Positions 21,372-30,774 of a stretch of 64,000 nt of DNA are shown piece after piece (position 1 is the first letter of the stretch; each line of letters starts with the position of its first letter). Both the position numbers and the translations under genes were made by a program. Source of the DNA: Nitrosopumilus sp. (GTDB lineage Archaea > Thermoproteota > Nitrososphaeria > Nitrososphaerales > Nitrosopumilaceae); assembly GCA_965214775.1 (NCBI GenBank), contig OZ243974.1:1920001-1984000 (forward strand). The letters are read 5' to 3'. The notes beneath the pieces were generated by a model. It worked only from the letters and a program-made list of their open reading frames with translations. It was not told the origin of the DNA and did not search any database.

Positions 21372-22642
21372 GGCGTTGTCCGGAATTTTTCCAGAAATCT
21401 ACCGATAAGCTTATAGATCATAAGCGCAGGATGCGACAACCTTATGGATCATAGGATCGACGTCCCCGTATCAATGAAATCAAAGACCAACAAGAAGGAA
21501 TCCAAGAAGGAATCCAAGAAGGAATCCAAGAAGGAATCCAGCAAGGCCAGCAAGAAAAAAAAGTCAGAGTACACGAGACCTCCGGAATACTATGCCGAGT
21601 ACGAGGAAAAAAGGAGAGAGGACAGCAAGAGGTGCGGCATCGGAATCAAAAAGATCCGCAAGATCCTCCTGTCCCTCCTCCATAACACAGAGCAAGAGGA
21701 TGAAATTCCCTATCTTCTGTGCGTACTCGACATGGAGTACCGCGGAAACTCGTATCGCAGGCACGTCGAATACATGGAGTCGAATCCTGGTTCAACTAAC
21801 ATGTACGGGCTCAAAAAGGTTCCGGCCAAGTCGACACTGCATGATGCAGCCGTAAGGATAGCTGCCTGGGACAAGTCGGTGCTAAGATCGGTACTCTCAG
21901 AACAGGCAGGCGCAGACGCCAAGGGAACGCTGCTTGGCGACTCTAGCGGTTTCTCCATAATGAGATACCACACATGGGAGGACGCAAAGAAGGGCGTCAT
22001 ATCCAGGCAGATGTTTGCCAAGCTGCACATACTGTTGGCCCCGCACGGCAAGATTGCCGCCTGCGAGGTGACGCCGGGCGAATTCCATGATTCCCCGGTG
22101 TTCCGTGACGAGCTGCTGCCGCAGGTTCCCAACGGCACAGGACACGTGATCCTGGATGCCGCATACGACTCGTATGAGAACTGCAGGGTCATAGCCGACG
22201 GAGGCAGAACCCCAGTGATATGTCCGCGTACAGGATATACGGTTCACGGGTTCAACGCCCGCTCCAAGATGCTAAGATGGCACAAAAAGGACCCCGAGGG
22301 ATTCGAGAAGACGTACCACCAGCGCAGCCTCGTTGAGTCGGCCTTCTCGTCGATAAAGGCAAGGTTTGACTCCACGGTGCGCGCCATGTCGCTTCCGATG
22401 CAGTCGCTCAGGCTTACCCTCAAGGTATTCTGCTACAATCTGGTCAGCTAGGATCCATAATGCCGGTACGGTGGAATCGTCCGGCTAGCGGATGCTATGC
22501 AGTATGACGTCAAAACACGGGCCATAACTGCACAATGCGGGCCGGAGTGCGGATTCGTCTCTATGTTTGCAGTCATTGCGCCATGATTTTGTACAAATCT
22601 CCCCGGAAATCACGTCCTAAAATCACGATTCCGGACAACGCC
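21372..22642 (+). mobile_element. IS5-family element (IS903-like group), 9-bp TSD
   Basis: TIRs GGCGTTGTCCGGAAT / ATTCCGGACAACGCC; GTGCTGATC duplicated at 21363-21371 and 22643-22651. Confidence 0.9.
21444..22451 (+). CDS. IS5-family transposase
   Basis: GDSSG, KLH, HDSP, LDAAYD, YHQRSLVESAFSSIK. Confidence 0.92.
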   Translation: MDHRIDVPVSMKSKTNKKESKKESKKESKKESSKASKKKKSEYTRPPEYYAEYEEKRREDSKRCGIGIKKIRKILLSLLHNTEQEDEIPYLLCVLDMEYRGNSYRRHVEYMESNPGSTNMYGLKKVPAKSTLHDAAVRIAAWDKSVLRSVLSEQAGADAKGTLLGDSSGFSIMRYHTWEDAKKGVISRQMFAKLHILLAPHGKIAACEVTPGEFHDSPVFRDELLPQVPNGTGHVILDAAYDSYENCRVIADGGRTPVICPRTGYTVHGFNARSKMLRWHKKDPEGFEKTYHQRSLVESAFSSIKARFDSTVRAMSLPMQSLRLTLKVFCYNLVS

Positions 22643-22955
22643 GTGCTGATCAAATAATATTTATATATCAACACCTCTATTTGTAGGTGTTAATATTTAA
22701 GTTTGATATAATGAGGGAACTGGGAAGTTTACGGTAGATGATTCTCTCTGGGAAATGTAGGTAGATCTAATAAATAAAAAATAGTTACAAGGTTCTGTGT
22801 AATCTGCGTTTGGTATTTTGCCGTGCTCACTGTCGTTTGGCAGGATTTTATGAATGGGACTGTTAAGTCAGTAGGGATCCGGGAGCGGGCCAGAGACAGC
22901 GCGCCGCATCGGTGCCGGGAGGCGCAGAACCTGCCAGGATCCGGGACGTGCAGGA

Positions 22956-23420
22956 TCAGCCACGGGCAGGCACGCCGCCCATCTCGGCGTAAAGCCCCTC
23001 GTTTCTGGCGCCGGCATGCCAGTGCATCATGCCCAGCGCCCACAGCGCCCCGGCGGATACGGCAAACCACGATCCTGCAGGCTCGTAGGGGATAGAGTAC
23101 AGGACGGCAAGCGGGATGACGATTATGACTACGAGCATCTCGGCCGAGACGTGGACGGGGACCGCAGCAGAATAGCCGTACCTGCAGAGAAACGCAAAGA
23201 GCGGCGAGGCCTCCATTGCAGATACGGCCCGGGCGTCTCCAAAGAGCATGGTGCTCTTGACGTCCCGGAACATCCCGACGCTGTACACCATGCATCCCGG
23301 GATCAGGACGGCGGCAAGGAGGTCGTCGGGTATCGTCGTCGACGCGGCAAGGGACGCGCAGAAGAGGGACGCCAGGACTGAAAAATAAAGCGGCCGGCCA
23401 AAAAATCCGGGTCGGCTCAT
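22956..23420 (-). CDS. Multi-TM membrane protein (DUF5658-like D..T...E..P motif)
   Basis: Start MSRPGFFG overlaps the upstream stop (ATGA); four hydrophobic segments; DVKST...EASPL. Confidence 0.6.
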   Translation of the reverse strand: MSRPGFFGRPLYFSVLASLFCASLAASTTIPDDLLAAVLIPGCMVYSVGMFRDVKSTMLFGDARAVSAMEASPLFAFLCRYGYSAAVPVHVSAEMLVVIIVIPLAVLYSIPYEPAGSWFAVSAGALWALGMMHWHAGARNEGLYAEMGGVPARG

Positions 23421-23744
23421 TTGGGGGTCTCTCGTATCATGGGAGACATTGGTTTCCGGAAGCCCCTGCGCTCGGAGGGGGGCTGGCTCCAGGACGGTAC
23501 GTGCGCGCCGCGATGTACGCTCAGCATCATTATGCCTATGACGATGGCAGCTATGATCACGAGGCGCACTGCCCACATCAGTATGTCAAAGAGCTCCCGT
23601 ATGCCGTCGCCTATGTCGTCGCCGAGCGCGGCTGGGGCGTTGAACAGACAGTCCTCTGCGGAGAGGTCTGCGCCTCCGGCGGGATCAGAACAGTCGACAC
23701 CGGTAACGGTAACTATCAGCGTCGGGGCAAGAAAGACAATGACG

Positions 23745-25176
23745 TAGTTAATTCATAAAAAAACGAACAATTTTGACAACTGCTTTTGATCCAAACATTA
23801 AGATCAGGCAAACCATCGCACATGCATGGGAAAACAGGCAGAATTTGTGGCATCAAGGGACAAATTCCTGGGCAAGCAAAGCACTCACGTCTTCGCAAGG
23901 CGTACTAGACCCGACAGTATGGAATACGACAGTTGTTGTTGCTGCAGTAGTTAATTCGTGCATGGGGGGTTTGACATACTGCCACACAAGACCCGACAGT
24001 ATGGAATACGACAGTTGTTGTTGCTGCTGCTGCAGTAGTCAGCCCATCAAATATCGGAACATCTTTACCGGTAGGATCTCTCCACTGGCAAACATCTTCC
24101 GCACGGACTGCTCCATCTCATCAAGCGTATCAAACATCTTGGCAGACAGCCTCCGCTTTATCTCCCTCCACTGTATCTCTACAGGATTGAGCTCCGGCGC
24201 GTACGGCGGCAGGTACTCCAGTATTATCTCGCCCTTGTACTTTTCCAGCATCTCCCTTACGCCGACAGACTTGTGGTATGACGCATTATCCAGGAATATC
24301 AACACCTTTCCGTACTTTTCGTGCACCTTTTCCAAAAAGTCGCAAAAGCTGTCGGTGTTGGTCTTGTCATAGAACATATAGTAGAATATGTTAACTGCCA
24401 GCACGCCGAACATGTACCGGCGCTGCCGTGACAGCGATACGGGCGCCGTGACGCTCATGCCGCGCCTGAGCCACCCGTGTTTGGGGCTGTTTGAGGTCTT
24501 TTGTATGGATGACTCGTCTTCTGCCAGTACCGTATACCCTTGCGCCTCCTTTTCCCGTATCAGCTCCTGGGATGCCTCCTTGAACTCGTTCTGCTTTTGT
24601 TTTGAGACGGCCTTTGGGTTCTTTGGCCTCGGCTTCCTCCATGAGAACCCAAGCTCGCGTGCCAGCAGCCGCGTGCCGCTCTTGCTGTATTCTATGCCGA
24701 ACTTCTTTTTGATGTGCCGTCTCATCAGGCCCGAGTCCCACAGGCTGCTCTCAAAACCGCACTCCTCGGATCCTGACTTGAGATCCGCCGCAAGCTGTTT
24801 CAGCTGCGACTCACTCAGCTTGTGCTTGCGTCCCCTGCCTGGCCGCTCGTGCCTTGCACGTATTCCCTCGTCCTGTGCGCGGATGAGCCACTTGGATATG
24901 GTGGAATGTGCCCGGTCGAGGTTCTTTGCTATCTGTTCCACACCAAGGTCGTCCTTGCGCTGCATGTATGCAAGCAGCCTGTCGCGCTTTCTCTTGTCTG
25001 TCTCCTTTTTGTACGCCTCGTGCAGGTAGGAGCGTGACGTATTTGGCAGGAATTTGCTTCCTGATGCTACGAATTCCTTTCTCTGTCTGTCCATGCATAT
25101 GCGTATTCCTTGCCTGATCTTAATGTTTGGATCAAAAATAGTTGTCAAAATTGTTCTTTTTTTTATATGTTGACTA
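23745..25176 (-). mobile_element. IS630-family composite insertion
   Basis: Transposase 24039-25148; 23745-23905 is a diverged inverted copy of the element's 5' end; about 43 bp internal duplication (23907-23949 vs 23989-24037). Confidence 0.85.
24039..25148 (-). CDS. IS630-family transposase
   Basis: HTH, LAEDES, FLDNASYH, LPPYAPELNPVEIQW. Confidence 0.95.
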   Translation of the reverse strand: MTTIFDPNIKIRQGIRICMDRQRKEFVASGSKFLPNTSRSYLHEAYKKETDKRKRDRLLAYMQRKDDLGVEQIAKNLDRAHSTISKWLIRAQDEGIRARHERPGRGRKHKLSESQLKQLAADLKSGSEECGFESSLWDSGLMRRHIKKKFGIEYSKSGTRLLARELGFSWRKPRPKNPKAVSKQKQNEFKEASQELIREKEAQGYTVLAEDESSIQKTSNSPKHGWLRRGMSVTAPVSLSRQRRYMFGVLAVNIFYYMFYDKTNTDSFCDFLEKVHEKYGKVLIFLDNASYHKSVGVREMLEKYKGEIILEYLPPYAPELNPVEIQWREIKRRLSAKMFDTLDEMEQSVRKMFASGEILPVKMFRYLMG

Positions 25177-25335
25177 CGGCGGCGATTATCGCGCTCATGA
25201 TCATGCCCTGGTACTTGCCTATCGACTCGGAGTCCTCTTTGCGTTTCTCAAGCATACTGGGCAAATAACAGACAGTATTTAATCCCCAAATCGGGTTGCG
25301 GGGCGCACTTTTAACGTAATGCGCGCTTTGAACGC

Positions 25336-25956
25336 ATGACGTTTGCGCTTGACATAGTCAATGTCGTGGCACATGCCGACTGCGGCAGGAGGATAGACAT
25401 AGACAAACTCATAGTCCACGGCGGCGCCGTGAAGGATCTTGACACGGAGGCGGCAAAGTACTGCTTTGAGGATCCGTCCTGCGACGACGGGACACGGCAG
25501 ACCACGGTCAGCGTGTTTGCTACGGGGAGGCTGCTGTGCGTGGGGGCCAACAGCATAGAGCGGGCGCGAGGCCACACGAGGAAGGTCCTTGAGATCATAG
25601 GGTCGCCGGATACCGAGGTAAAGGTGCACATGATAGTCCTCAACGGGACCATCGAGGGCGACGTCGACGTGCTGTCAAAGATGGGCAGGCTTGAGCGCCA
25701 CTGGAACGTCAGGTTCGAGTCAAACTTTCTCAGCGGCGTGATACTCGTCCAGGGCGGCGGCATATACATGGACATATTCCCGCACTCAGAGCCGGTGCGG
25801 CTGGGGCTGCGGGGTCCGGACATGGAGACAATCCATGACGCGGTCGGCAAGCTGGAGTCGGCGCTGTTCGGCGTGGATGACGCGGTGCCGGCCTCGGGGG
25901 CGCCGGGAATCAGGGCGGACGGGATCCGGACACGTCACGGACAGGACCGGACTTAA
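25336..25956 (+). CDS. Divergent TATA-binding protein homolog
   Basis: Two TBP repeats: IVNVVAHADC...VSVFATGRLLCVGANSIERA and VHMIVLNG...FESNFLSGVIL...DIF. Confidence 0.8.
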   Translation: MTFALDIVNVVAHADCGRRIDIDKLIVHGGAVKDLDTEAAKYCFEDPSCDDGTRQTTVSVFATGRLLCVGANSIERARGHTRKVLEIIGSPDTEVKVHMIVLNGTIEGDVDVLSKMGRLERHWNVRFESNFLSGVILVQGGGIYMDIFPHSEPVRLGLRGPDMETIHDAVGKLESALFGVDDAVPASGAPGIRADGIRTRHGQDRT

Positions 25957-25983
25957 AAGGAAACGGACCGTTTTAAAGCGGAT

Positions 25984-26625
25984 ATGAGCTGGTCAGAACG
26001 GCAGTCAGAGCGGTGGCATGATGTCTGCGACGAGTTAGGAATACTTGTGATCATGATGGGCATGTTCATAATGTTCGCCTTGCTGATTATCATCGTGATC
26101 CTCGCTGGTGCCGTCTTCATAGTGGCATTCGGCCACATTGAGCTGCCAGAGGACAACTCCATGGTGCTGAATTCGTTATGGGTGTCGCTTGCGTCGGCCG
26201 TGTGTCTGGGAGTCGGAGCGGCAGTCATTGGCGTAGGCAGACTGGCGGCATGGATTTCCAGGCGGAGGGGATCCGGACACGTCACGGACAGAACCGGGCT
26301 TAAGGAATTAAACCACTGGGATGCGGACATGAGCTGGTCAGAACGGCAGTCAGAGCGGTGGCATGATACCTGGTGCGAGACCGGAATGGCGTTGATCATC
26401 ATAGGCGCGCTTTCACTGTCCATCCCGCTGGCTGTCTTAGCGATCCTCCTTGGCGCCCTCTATCTGACTCTGTTCTTTGTGCCTGTGCTTGCCGGGATCG
26501 CGCTAATGTTTGCAGGCATGGCCGGCATCGAAGCGGGAGACATGGCGGCACGGGGTTCCGGAAGGAAGAGGCGGCCGGCAGAGACAGGCCACGAAAGGAA
26601 TCGGACCGTTGGGACGCGGACATGA
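25984..26625 (+). CDS. Membrane protein made of two tandem MSWSERQSERWHD-2TM modules
   Basis: Module starts at 25984 and 26329, with DNA-level repeats. Confidence 0.7.
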   Translation: MSWSERQSERWHDVCDELGILVIMMGMFIMFALLIIIVILAGAVFIVAFGHIELPEDNSMVLNSLWVSLASAVCLGVGAAVIGVGRLAAWISRRRGSGHVTDRTGLKELNHWDADMSWSERQSERWHDTWCETGMALIIIGALSLSIPLAVLAILLGALYLTLFFVPVLAGIALMFAGMAGIEAGDMAARGSGRKRRPAETGHERNRTVGTRT

Positions 26626-26969
26626 GCGAGCCAGGACGGCAGTCCGGGCGGTGGCATGACACCTGGCGCAAGACCGGAGATATTGTGATCATCATAGGCA
26701 TATTTTCGGTGTCCGTCCCGCTGGCCTGTTGCGTGATCCTCCTTGGTTTAATCCCGCTGGCAGTATCCGGTCTCATTGAGCTGACAGAGGAGAATGCATC
26801 CCCGCTGGTGGATTTGACCGAATGGTCTACGTTGGTGGTGTTATCGTGCATGGGAGGCGGCGCGGCCATTGCTGGCATAGGCAGGCTGGCGGCATGGACT
26901 TCCGGTCGGATCGGGAACCCGCAAGGCAGGTCAGGACGCGCTGGAACGGAGTCGGCGGGTCGGACATGA
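26622..26969 (+). CDS. Third paralogous 2-TM module (MSEPGRQSGRWHD)
   Basis: ATGA overlap with the previous gene; same motif and TM pattern. Confidence 0.7.
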   Translation: MSEPGRQSGRWHDTWRKTGDIVIIIGIFSVSVPLACCVILLGLIPLAVSGLIELTEENASPLVDLTEWSTLVVLSCMGGGAAIAGIGRLAAWTSGRIGNPQGRSGRAGTESAGRT

Positions 26970-27466
26970 CTGGGCGTTCGGAGCTTCCGGCATTCCTGAT
27001 CGGAATGCATGACTGTGTGGAGGGCATGGGCAGGCTACAAAAGTACGCGTTTCTTTCTGCAATGCAGATAAAGGAGCTGCGCAGTGTCGGGTTCTACGAT
27101 GACTGGAAGGCGAGCAACTTCGGACCGTTCAGTGCAGGGCTGGCAGGCGACATCAGGGAGGCGCTGGGCAGAAGCCAGATAACAAGGCACACGATCACAA
27201 ACAGCTACGGCTTCAGGGTGGACAGGTTCGCAGTAACCGGGCATGGCAGGAAAATCTTTGAGCGGTTAAGGCACGAGCACGCAGGCCTGTACAACAAAAT
27301 CGTAGCAATCACTGGAAGATACCAGGAGTACTCCCTGGCGCGGCTGCTGCAGGATGTCTACTACCGGTACCCGCAGTATGCAAGTGCAGGCACGACAAAG
27401 GCCGGCAGGGGGATTTACGAGTCGGACTCGTATCTCAACACGGAACACGACGGATCCGGCCTCTAA
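26966..27466 (+). CDS. Panacea/SocA (DUF4065)-like antitoxin domain protein
   Basis: GMGRLQKYAFL, WKASNFGPFS, LLQDVYYRYP pattern. Confidence 0.7.
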   Translation: MTGRSELPAFLIGMHDCVEGMGRLQKYAFLSAMQIKELRSVGFYDDWKASNFGPFSAGLAGDIREALGRSQITRHTITNSYGFRVDRFAVTGHGRKIFERLRHEHAGLYNKIVAITGRYQEYSLARLLQDVYYRYPQYASAGTTKAGRGIYESDSYLNTEHDGSGL

Positions 27467-27628
27467 TCACGGGGGATCAACGGCCATGTTTTTGAACTGG
27501 TTTATGCGATGCGGTTTTCATATAAACACGCAAATTGGCGGCGCGTGTCGGGTTGAGTTACAATGTGGAACAGAATGGAGATCACGGATCATGACGCGGT
27601 TAAATGGTTAGATGAATTGTGATGGTGG

Positions 27629-27916
27629 ATGTCTCGTAAGCACTCAAAAGCCGCCTGGGGATTGGCAGTGGCTGGATTTGCAGTCCTGACTCTTGGCATC
27701 ATTCAGTTCTTAGACTTGTTTGAACTTGGAGGAGAAGACATTGGTACGGTCTTAATGACGTATGGAGGAGTGGTCATCGGCATAAGTTCTACCGCATTGA
27801 TTACATCAAAACCATCCAATCTACAAAATCCGACGACTTGCGATTGCATGAAGTCTCCCACCTTTAACCTGTCAGGAAAGAACTCACATGTGACAGTGAT
27901 TTTCATGTCCAGATAG
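27629..27916 (+). CDS. Small 2-TM protein
   Basis: Two hydrophobic helices; TTAA box 29 nt upstream. Confidence 0.5.
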   Translation: MSRKHSKAAWGLAVAGFAVLTLGIIQFLDLFELGGEDIGTVLMTYGGVVIGISSTALITSKPSNLQNPTTCDCMKSPTFNLSGKNSHVTVIFMSR

Positions 27917-27982
27917 TGATGACATAGCCTGGTCCGTTCTGATCATTCCGCGCTTAAATTCTACGGTGTGTCATTGTTGTAC

Positions 27983-28366
27983 ATGTCCCTTCAGAGAAAG
28001 GCGCGGTGCGACAGGTGCGGCAAAGACATGAGACATAGCATGCTTGCATTCTGTTATAATCCGGGATGCGGCGACGACATGGACAATCCTGTCAGGTGCC
28101 GCAACAGAAAATCTCATCAGAATATCTGTGAGGATTGCGTGCTGGAGGATGTGCAAAAGACGCGGCCTGCGGCAGCTGCCCGCGACCTGCAGGATTCCAA
28201 ACCTTCGGATGCCGGAAATGCGAGGTATGCAGCATATGGACAGGGAGACGGCCGGCTGATGGATGAAATAACAGGCACCGCTGCAGGCATTGCCATATTT
28301 ACTGTCCTAGGCATCATCACGGGAATAATCCTGGCCGCTATTTCAGCTTCCGGTTTATCTCGTTGA
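27983..28366 (+). CDS. Cys-rich zinc-finger protein with C-terminal TM anchor
   Basis: CDRC, CYNPGC, C...H, CEDC; hydrophobic tail; TTAA box 29 nt upstream. Confidence 0.6.
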   Translation: MSLQRKARCDRCGKDMRHSMLAFCYNPGCGDDMDNPVRCRNRKSHQNICEDCVLEDVQKTRPAAAARDLQDSKPSDAGNARYAAYGQGDGRLMDEITGTAAGIAIFTVLGIITGIILAAISASGLSR

Positions 28367-28604
28367 GTATATCGCGCATCTCCTTGAGGGTGTCCGATAT
28401 GTCATCTAGCTTGTCCAGCTTCTTGTCCTGCCTTTCGAATGCGGCCATGATTTTTTTCATGTCCTTCTTGCTTAGAATCAAGGCAATCAGGAAAATGATG
28501 GTTGGTATAAAAACCGCCAATGGGACACCAATGGTCATTTTGCGGAAATTTTTTTGGACAACACCAGAGTGGCGGTACCCGTCCAGCAGGATGGACAGCA
28601 GCAC
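28338..28604 (-). CDS. Small TM + coiled-coil protein
   Basis: TM then KLDKLDDISDTL; paralog of 30944-31237; start probably the internal Met (MTIGV). Confidence 0.6.
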   Translation of the reverse strand: MLLSILLDGYRHSGVVQKNFRKMTIGVPLAVFIPTIIFLIALILSKKDMKKIMAAFERQDKKLDKLDDISDTLKEMRDILNEINRKLK

Positions 28605-28683
28605 GAGATCAAGGACTTCTGATCTGACTATCTAGCATTCACCATTGCAATTCATACAATCATAAGCGCACAGCCATGATCAG

Positions 28684-28787
28684 CTAAGTGAAATGTAAAT
28701 GAGGTTTGTTGTTTTGCCTTGCTGTTGAGGCGCCGCGCCTTATACCTGGTTTCTGTTTTGCTCGATTTCTTGGCACATTTCACTTGG
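28684..28787. mobile_element. MITE family D (104 bp)
   Basis: CTAAGTGAAATGT...ACATTTCACTTGG flanked by CAG; a truncated homolog lies at about 14940-15028. Confidence 0.65.
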
Positions 28788-28879
28788 CAGGTGAATCCCA
28801 CTTCCTCCACAATGCTGCGTGTATGACTCCACACGCCGTGTGATTTTCGCCTTAAATACATACCATAATGTTTTACTCA

Positions 28880-29548
28880 ATGAACTTGAGTAACTACAAG
28901 ACAAGACGGAAAAGGACGCTGGCAGTGTCGGCAGTATTGGGGATGGTCATCGGGCTAGGAATTACGGCCGCAGTCGGCGCCGGCGTATACTATACGTACC
29001 AGGAGCAGGCTGACTTGTTCTCCACATCAGCGCAGATCGAGGTTAGAAACCTGAACGCCATAAGATCCGGCGATACGCTGACCATAACTGCAAACGTGAA
29101 GAATGTCGGATCGACTGCGCTTACTGACGTGTATCTGGCCAATATAGGAGCAGGTGGTGAATTTTCAATCACAACAGACAACCCAAACGATAACATAGAA
29201 ATCAGATCTGGGACTCATACAGCTTTTACTGAGGTGAACACATCTTATGACGGCGGGGGTGATTTGTGTGATGGGCCCCTTGCAGGTGCGGATTGTGATC
29301 CTGCAGATGAAGGAACTCTCGAAGTTTCAGGTGTGTCATATAGTTCGCCAGATGGAGGCGCATCACTTGACGGCGGGGGAACAAACGCCATTAGGCTGAC
29401 GGTTACCATGGATGGACTCACTCCACCCGACAATAACATATCAAACACGGTGACAATCTCTGACAGACTCACATTACAGCTGGGATTCACATCAGGTGAC
29501 GACGAATTCCTCTCAGACGTCTACAATACCCGAGTCCGTCCGGGTTAA
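28880..29548 (+). CDS. Archaeal type IV pilin (class III signal peptide), candidate major pilin
   Basis: RRKRTLA/VSAVLGMVIGLGITAAVGAGV, NVKNVGS; own TTAA box 28 nt upstream and T-tract downstream. Confidence 0.8.
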   Translation: MNLSNYKTRRKRTLAVSAVLGMVIGLGITAAVGAGVYYTYQEQADLFSTSAQIEVRNLNAIRSGDTLTITANVKNVGSTALTDVYLANIGAGGEFSITTDNPNDNIEIRSGTHTAFTEVNTSYDGGGDLCDGPLAGADCDPADEGTLEVSGVSYSSPDGGASLDGGGTNAIRLTVTMDGLTPPDNNISNTVTISDRLTLQLGFTSGDDEFLSDVYNTRVRPG

Positions 29549-29660
29549 CCACATTTTTTACCTTGCTCCACATAGTCGCAATCATCATCGTCTCCATTGC
29601 TTTACTTGACAGGATCATTCCACGGAGCCGATGTGATGCCGGCCCAGGGGGGTTTCACTG

Positions 29661-30074
29661 GTGAACCGCAATACGGAGATTGGCAGGATATCCGAATACC
29701 TCGATGCCGACGAGGACGTGCTGTACGCGGCAAGGCAGCGCAGGTTCGTCCCAGGGGGCTCGCCGGTGACGCCCAACGCCATATTTGCCACCAATAAAAA
29801 GCTGATAATCCGCTCGCCGCTGATGCTCGGCCTGCGAGAGCACGTCGAATACTTTCACTACCATGATATCGTAACCATAAACTACGAGCACGGCTGCTTC
29901 TCTTCCGCGCTTGTCCTGACCGCGCCCGGGATGGGAACCACTGCGCGCCCGGCAAAGGGCTCCGGTCAGCCGAGAACCGAAAGCGGTACCATAGGAGGGA
30001 TGCCAAAGGCCGACGTCATAAAAATAGCAAGCATAATCCGGGAGAGAACGGCAGGGAGGAGGCAGAAAAGATGA
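29661..30074 (+). CDS. Bacterial PH-domain protein
   Basis: LDADEDVL, IFATNKKLII, YHDIVTI pattern. Confidence 0.7.
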   Translation: MNRNTEIGRISEYLDADEDVLYAARQRRFVPGGSPVTPNAIFATNKKLIIRSPLMLGLREHVEYFHYHDIVTINYEHGCFSSALVLTAPGMGTTARPAKGSGQPRTESGTIGGMPKADVIKIASIIRERTAGRRQKR

Positions 30075-30334
30075 GCCGGGAAGTCACAAGATCCCCGTCA
30101 AAAATGTGGTACATCGCCCACGTCTTCTTCTGGGTGGTAACAGGAATCATCTGCTATATCGTCTGGAAGGACGACAACCGGCAGATGGCAAAAAAGCACC
30201 TCATCGTATCCCTCTGGATGCCGGCAGCAGTATGGATTGCAATCTCGCTTGTATCGCTTGCCATAATACCAGACGTGGAGACTGATCCACACATGTGGCT
30301 CCTGGCGTTGGGGAATAGGGGGGCATCGCATTGA
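30071..30334 (+). CDS. Small 2-TM protein
   Basis: WYIAH...GIICYIVWKDD...AKKHL; coupled to the upstream gene. Confidence 0.65.
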   Translation: MSREVTRSPSKMWYIAHVFFWVVTGIICYIVWKDDNRQMAKKHLIVSLWMPAAVWIAISLVSLAIIPDVETDPHMWLLALGNRGASH

Positions 30335-30675
30335 ATCTTCACGACCTGGCAATGGCGGGAATGATGGTATCCGTAACGGTGGCGATCATGTTTAACGTGC
30401 TGGTGATGTTTGATCCGATCCCGATAATCGGATTCCTAACCGCCGTGCTGGTAACCGTAGTACTCGTAACTGGCACAGTCGCCTGGTTTGTGCTTTCGTT
30501 TTTAGACGGCAGAAAAAAACGCACATGGCCGCCAGGCAGCACAAAGCAGGGGACACACCAGTGCCTGAAGGGGGGCAAAAGTCCAGCCCTGACCCGGGCC
30601 AGGAAAGGCACACGGATGCCGAGGGCGCCAAACACGGTGGGATCGGTCTTCAATGAGCCGTACGGCCGGCCATGA
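30331..30675 (+). CDS. Small membrane protein
   Basis: Two hydrophobic helices and a basic tail. Confidence 0.5.
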   Translation: MNLHDLAMAGMMVSVTVAIMFNVLVMFDPIPIIGFLTAVLVTVVLVTGTVAWFVLSFLDGRKKRTWPPGSTKQGTHQCLKGGKSPALTRARKGTRMPRAPNTVGSVFNEPYGRP

Positions 30676-30774
30676 CATAGGCGGTCACAGAGGTGTGGTG
30701 CGGCGAGCCGAGCGTACGCGATGATAAAAACGCAAAAAGAATAGCGCCGGGTGACACACCCGGCATGATTTGCA

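Larger units (their letters stand above)
23417..25255 (-). pseudogene. Small 2-TM protein (weakly VirB2/T4SS-pilin-like) interrupted by IS630
   Basis: Removing 23745-25176 and one CG restores MLEKRKEDSESIGKYQGMIMSAIIAAVIVFLAPTLIV...LFDILMWAVRLVIIAAIVIGIMML...; TTAA box 27 nt upstream. Confidence 0.65.

Noticed and set aside
21491-21540. Short coding repeats (KKES x3; also EQHEMLV near 5920 and QLQKDNE near 60770)
   Set aside because: Ordinary slippage in low-complexity or coiled-coil transposase N-termini.
23773-24372. 199-aa ORF with a poly-Cys run
   Set aside because: Chimera of the inverted IS630 end copy and antisense transposase sequence.
28878-28884. Pilin start context CAATGAA is fully complementary to the variant tRNA loop TTCATTG
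   Set aside because: A single 7-mer, not shared by other island starts; likely chance.
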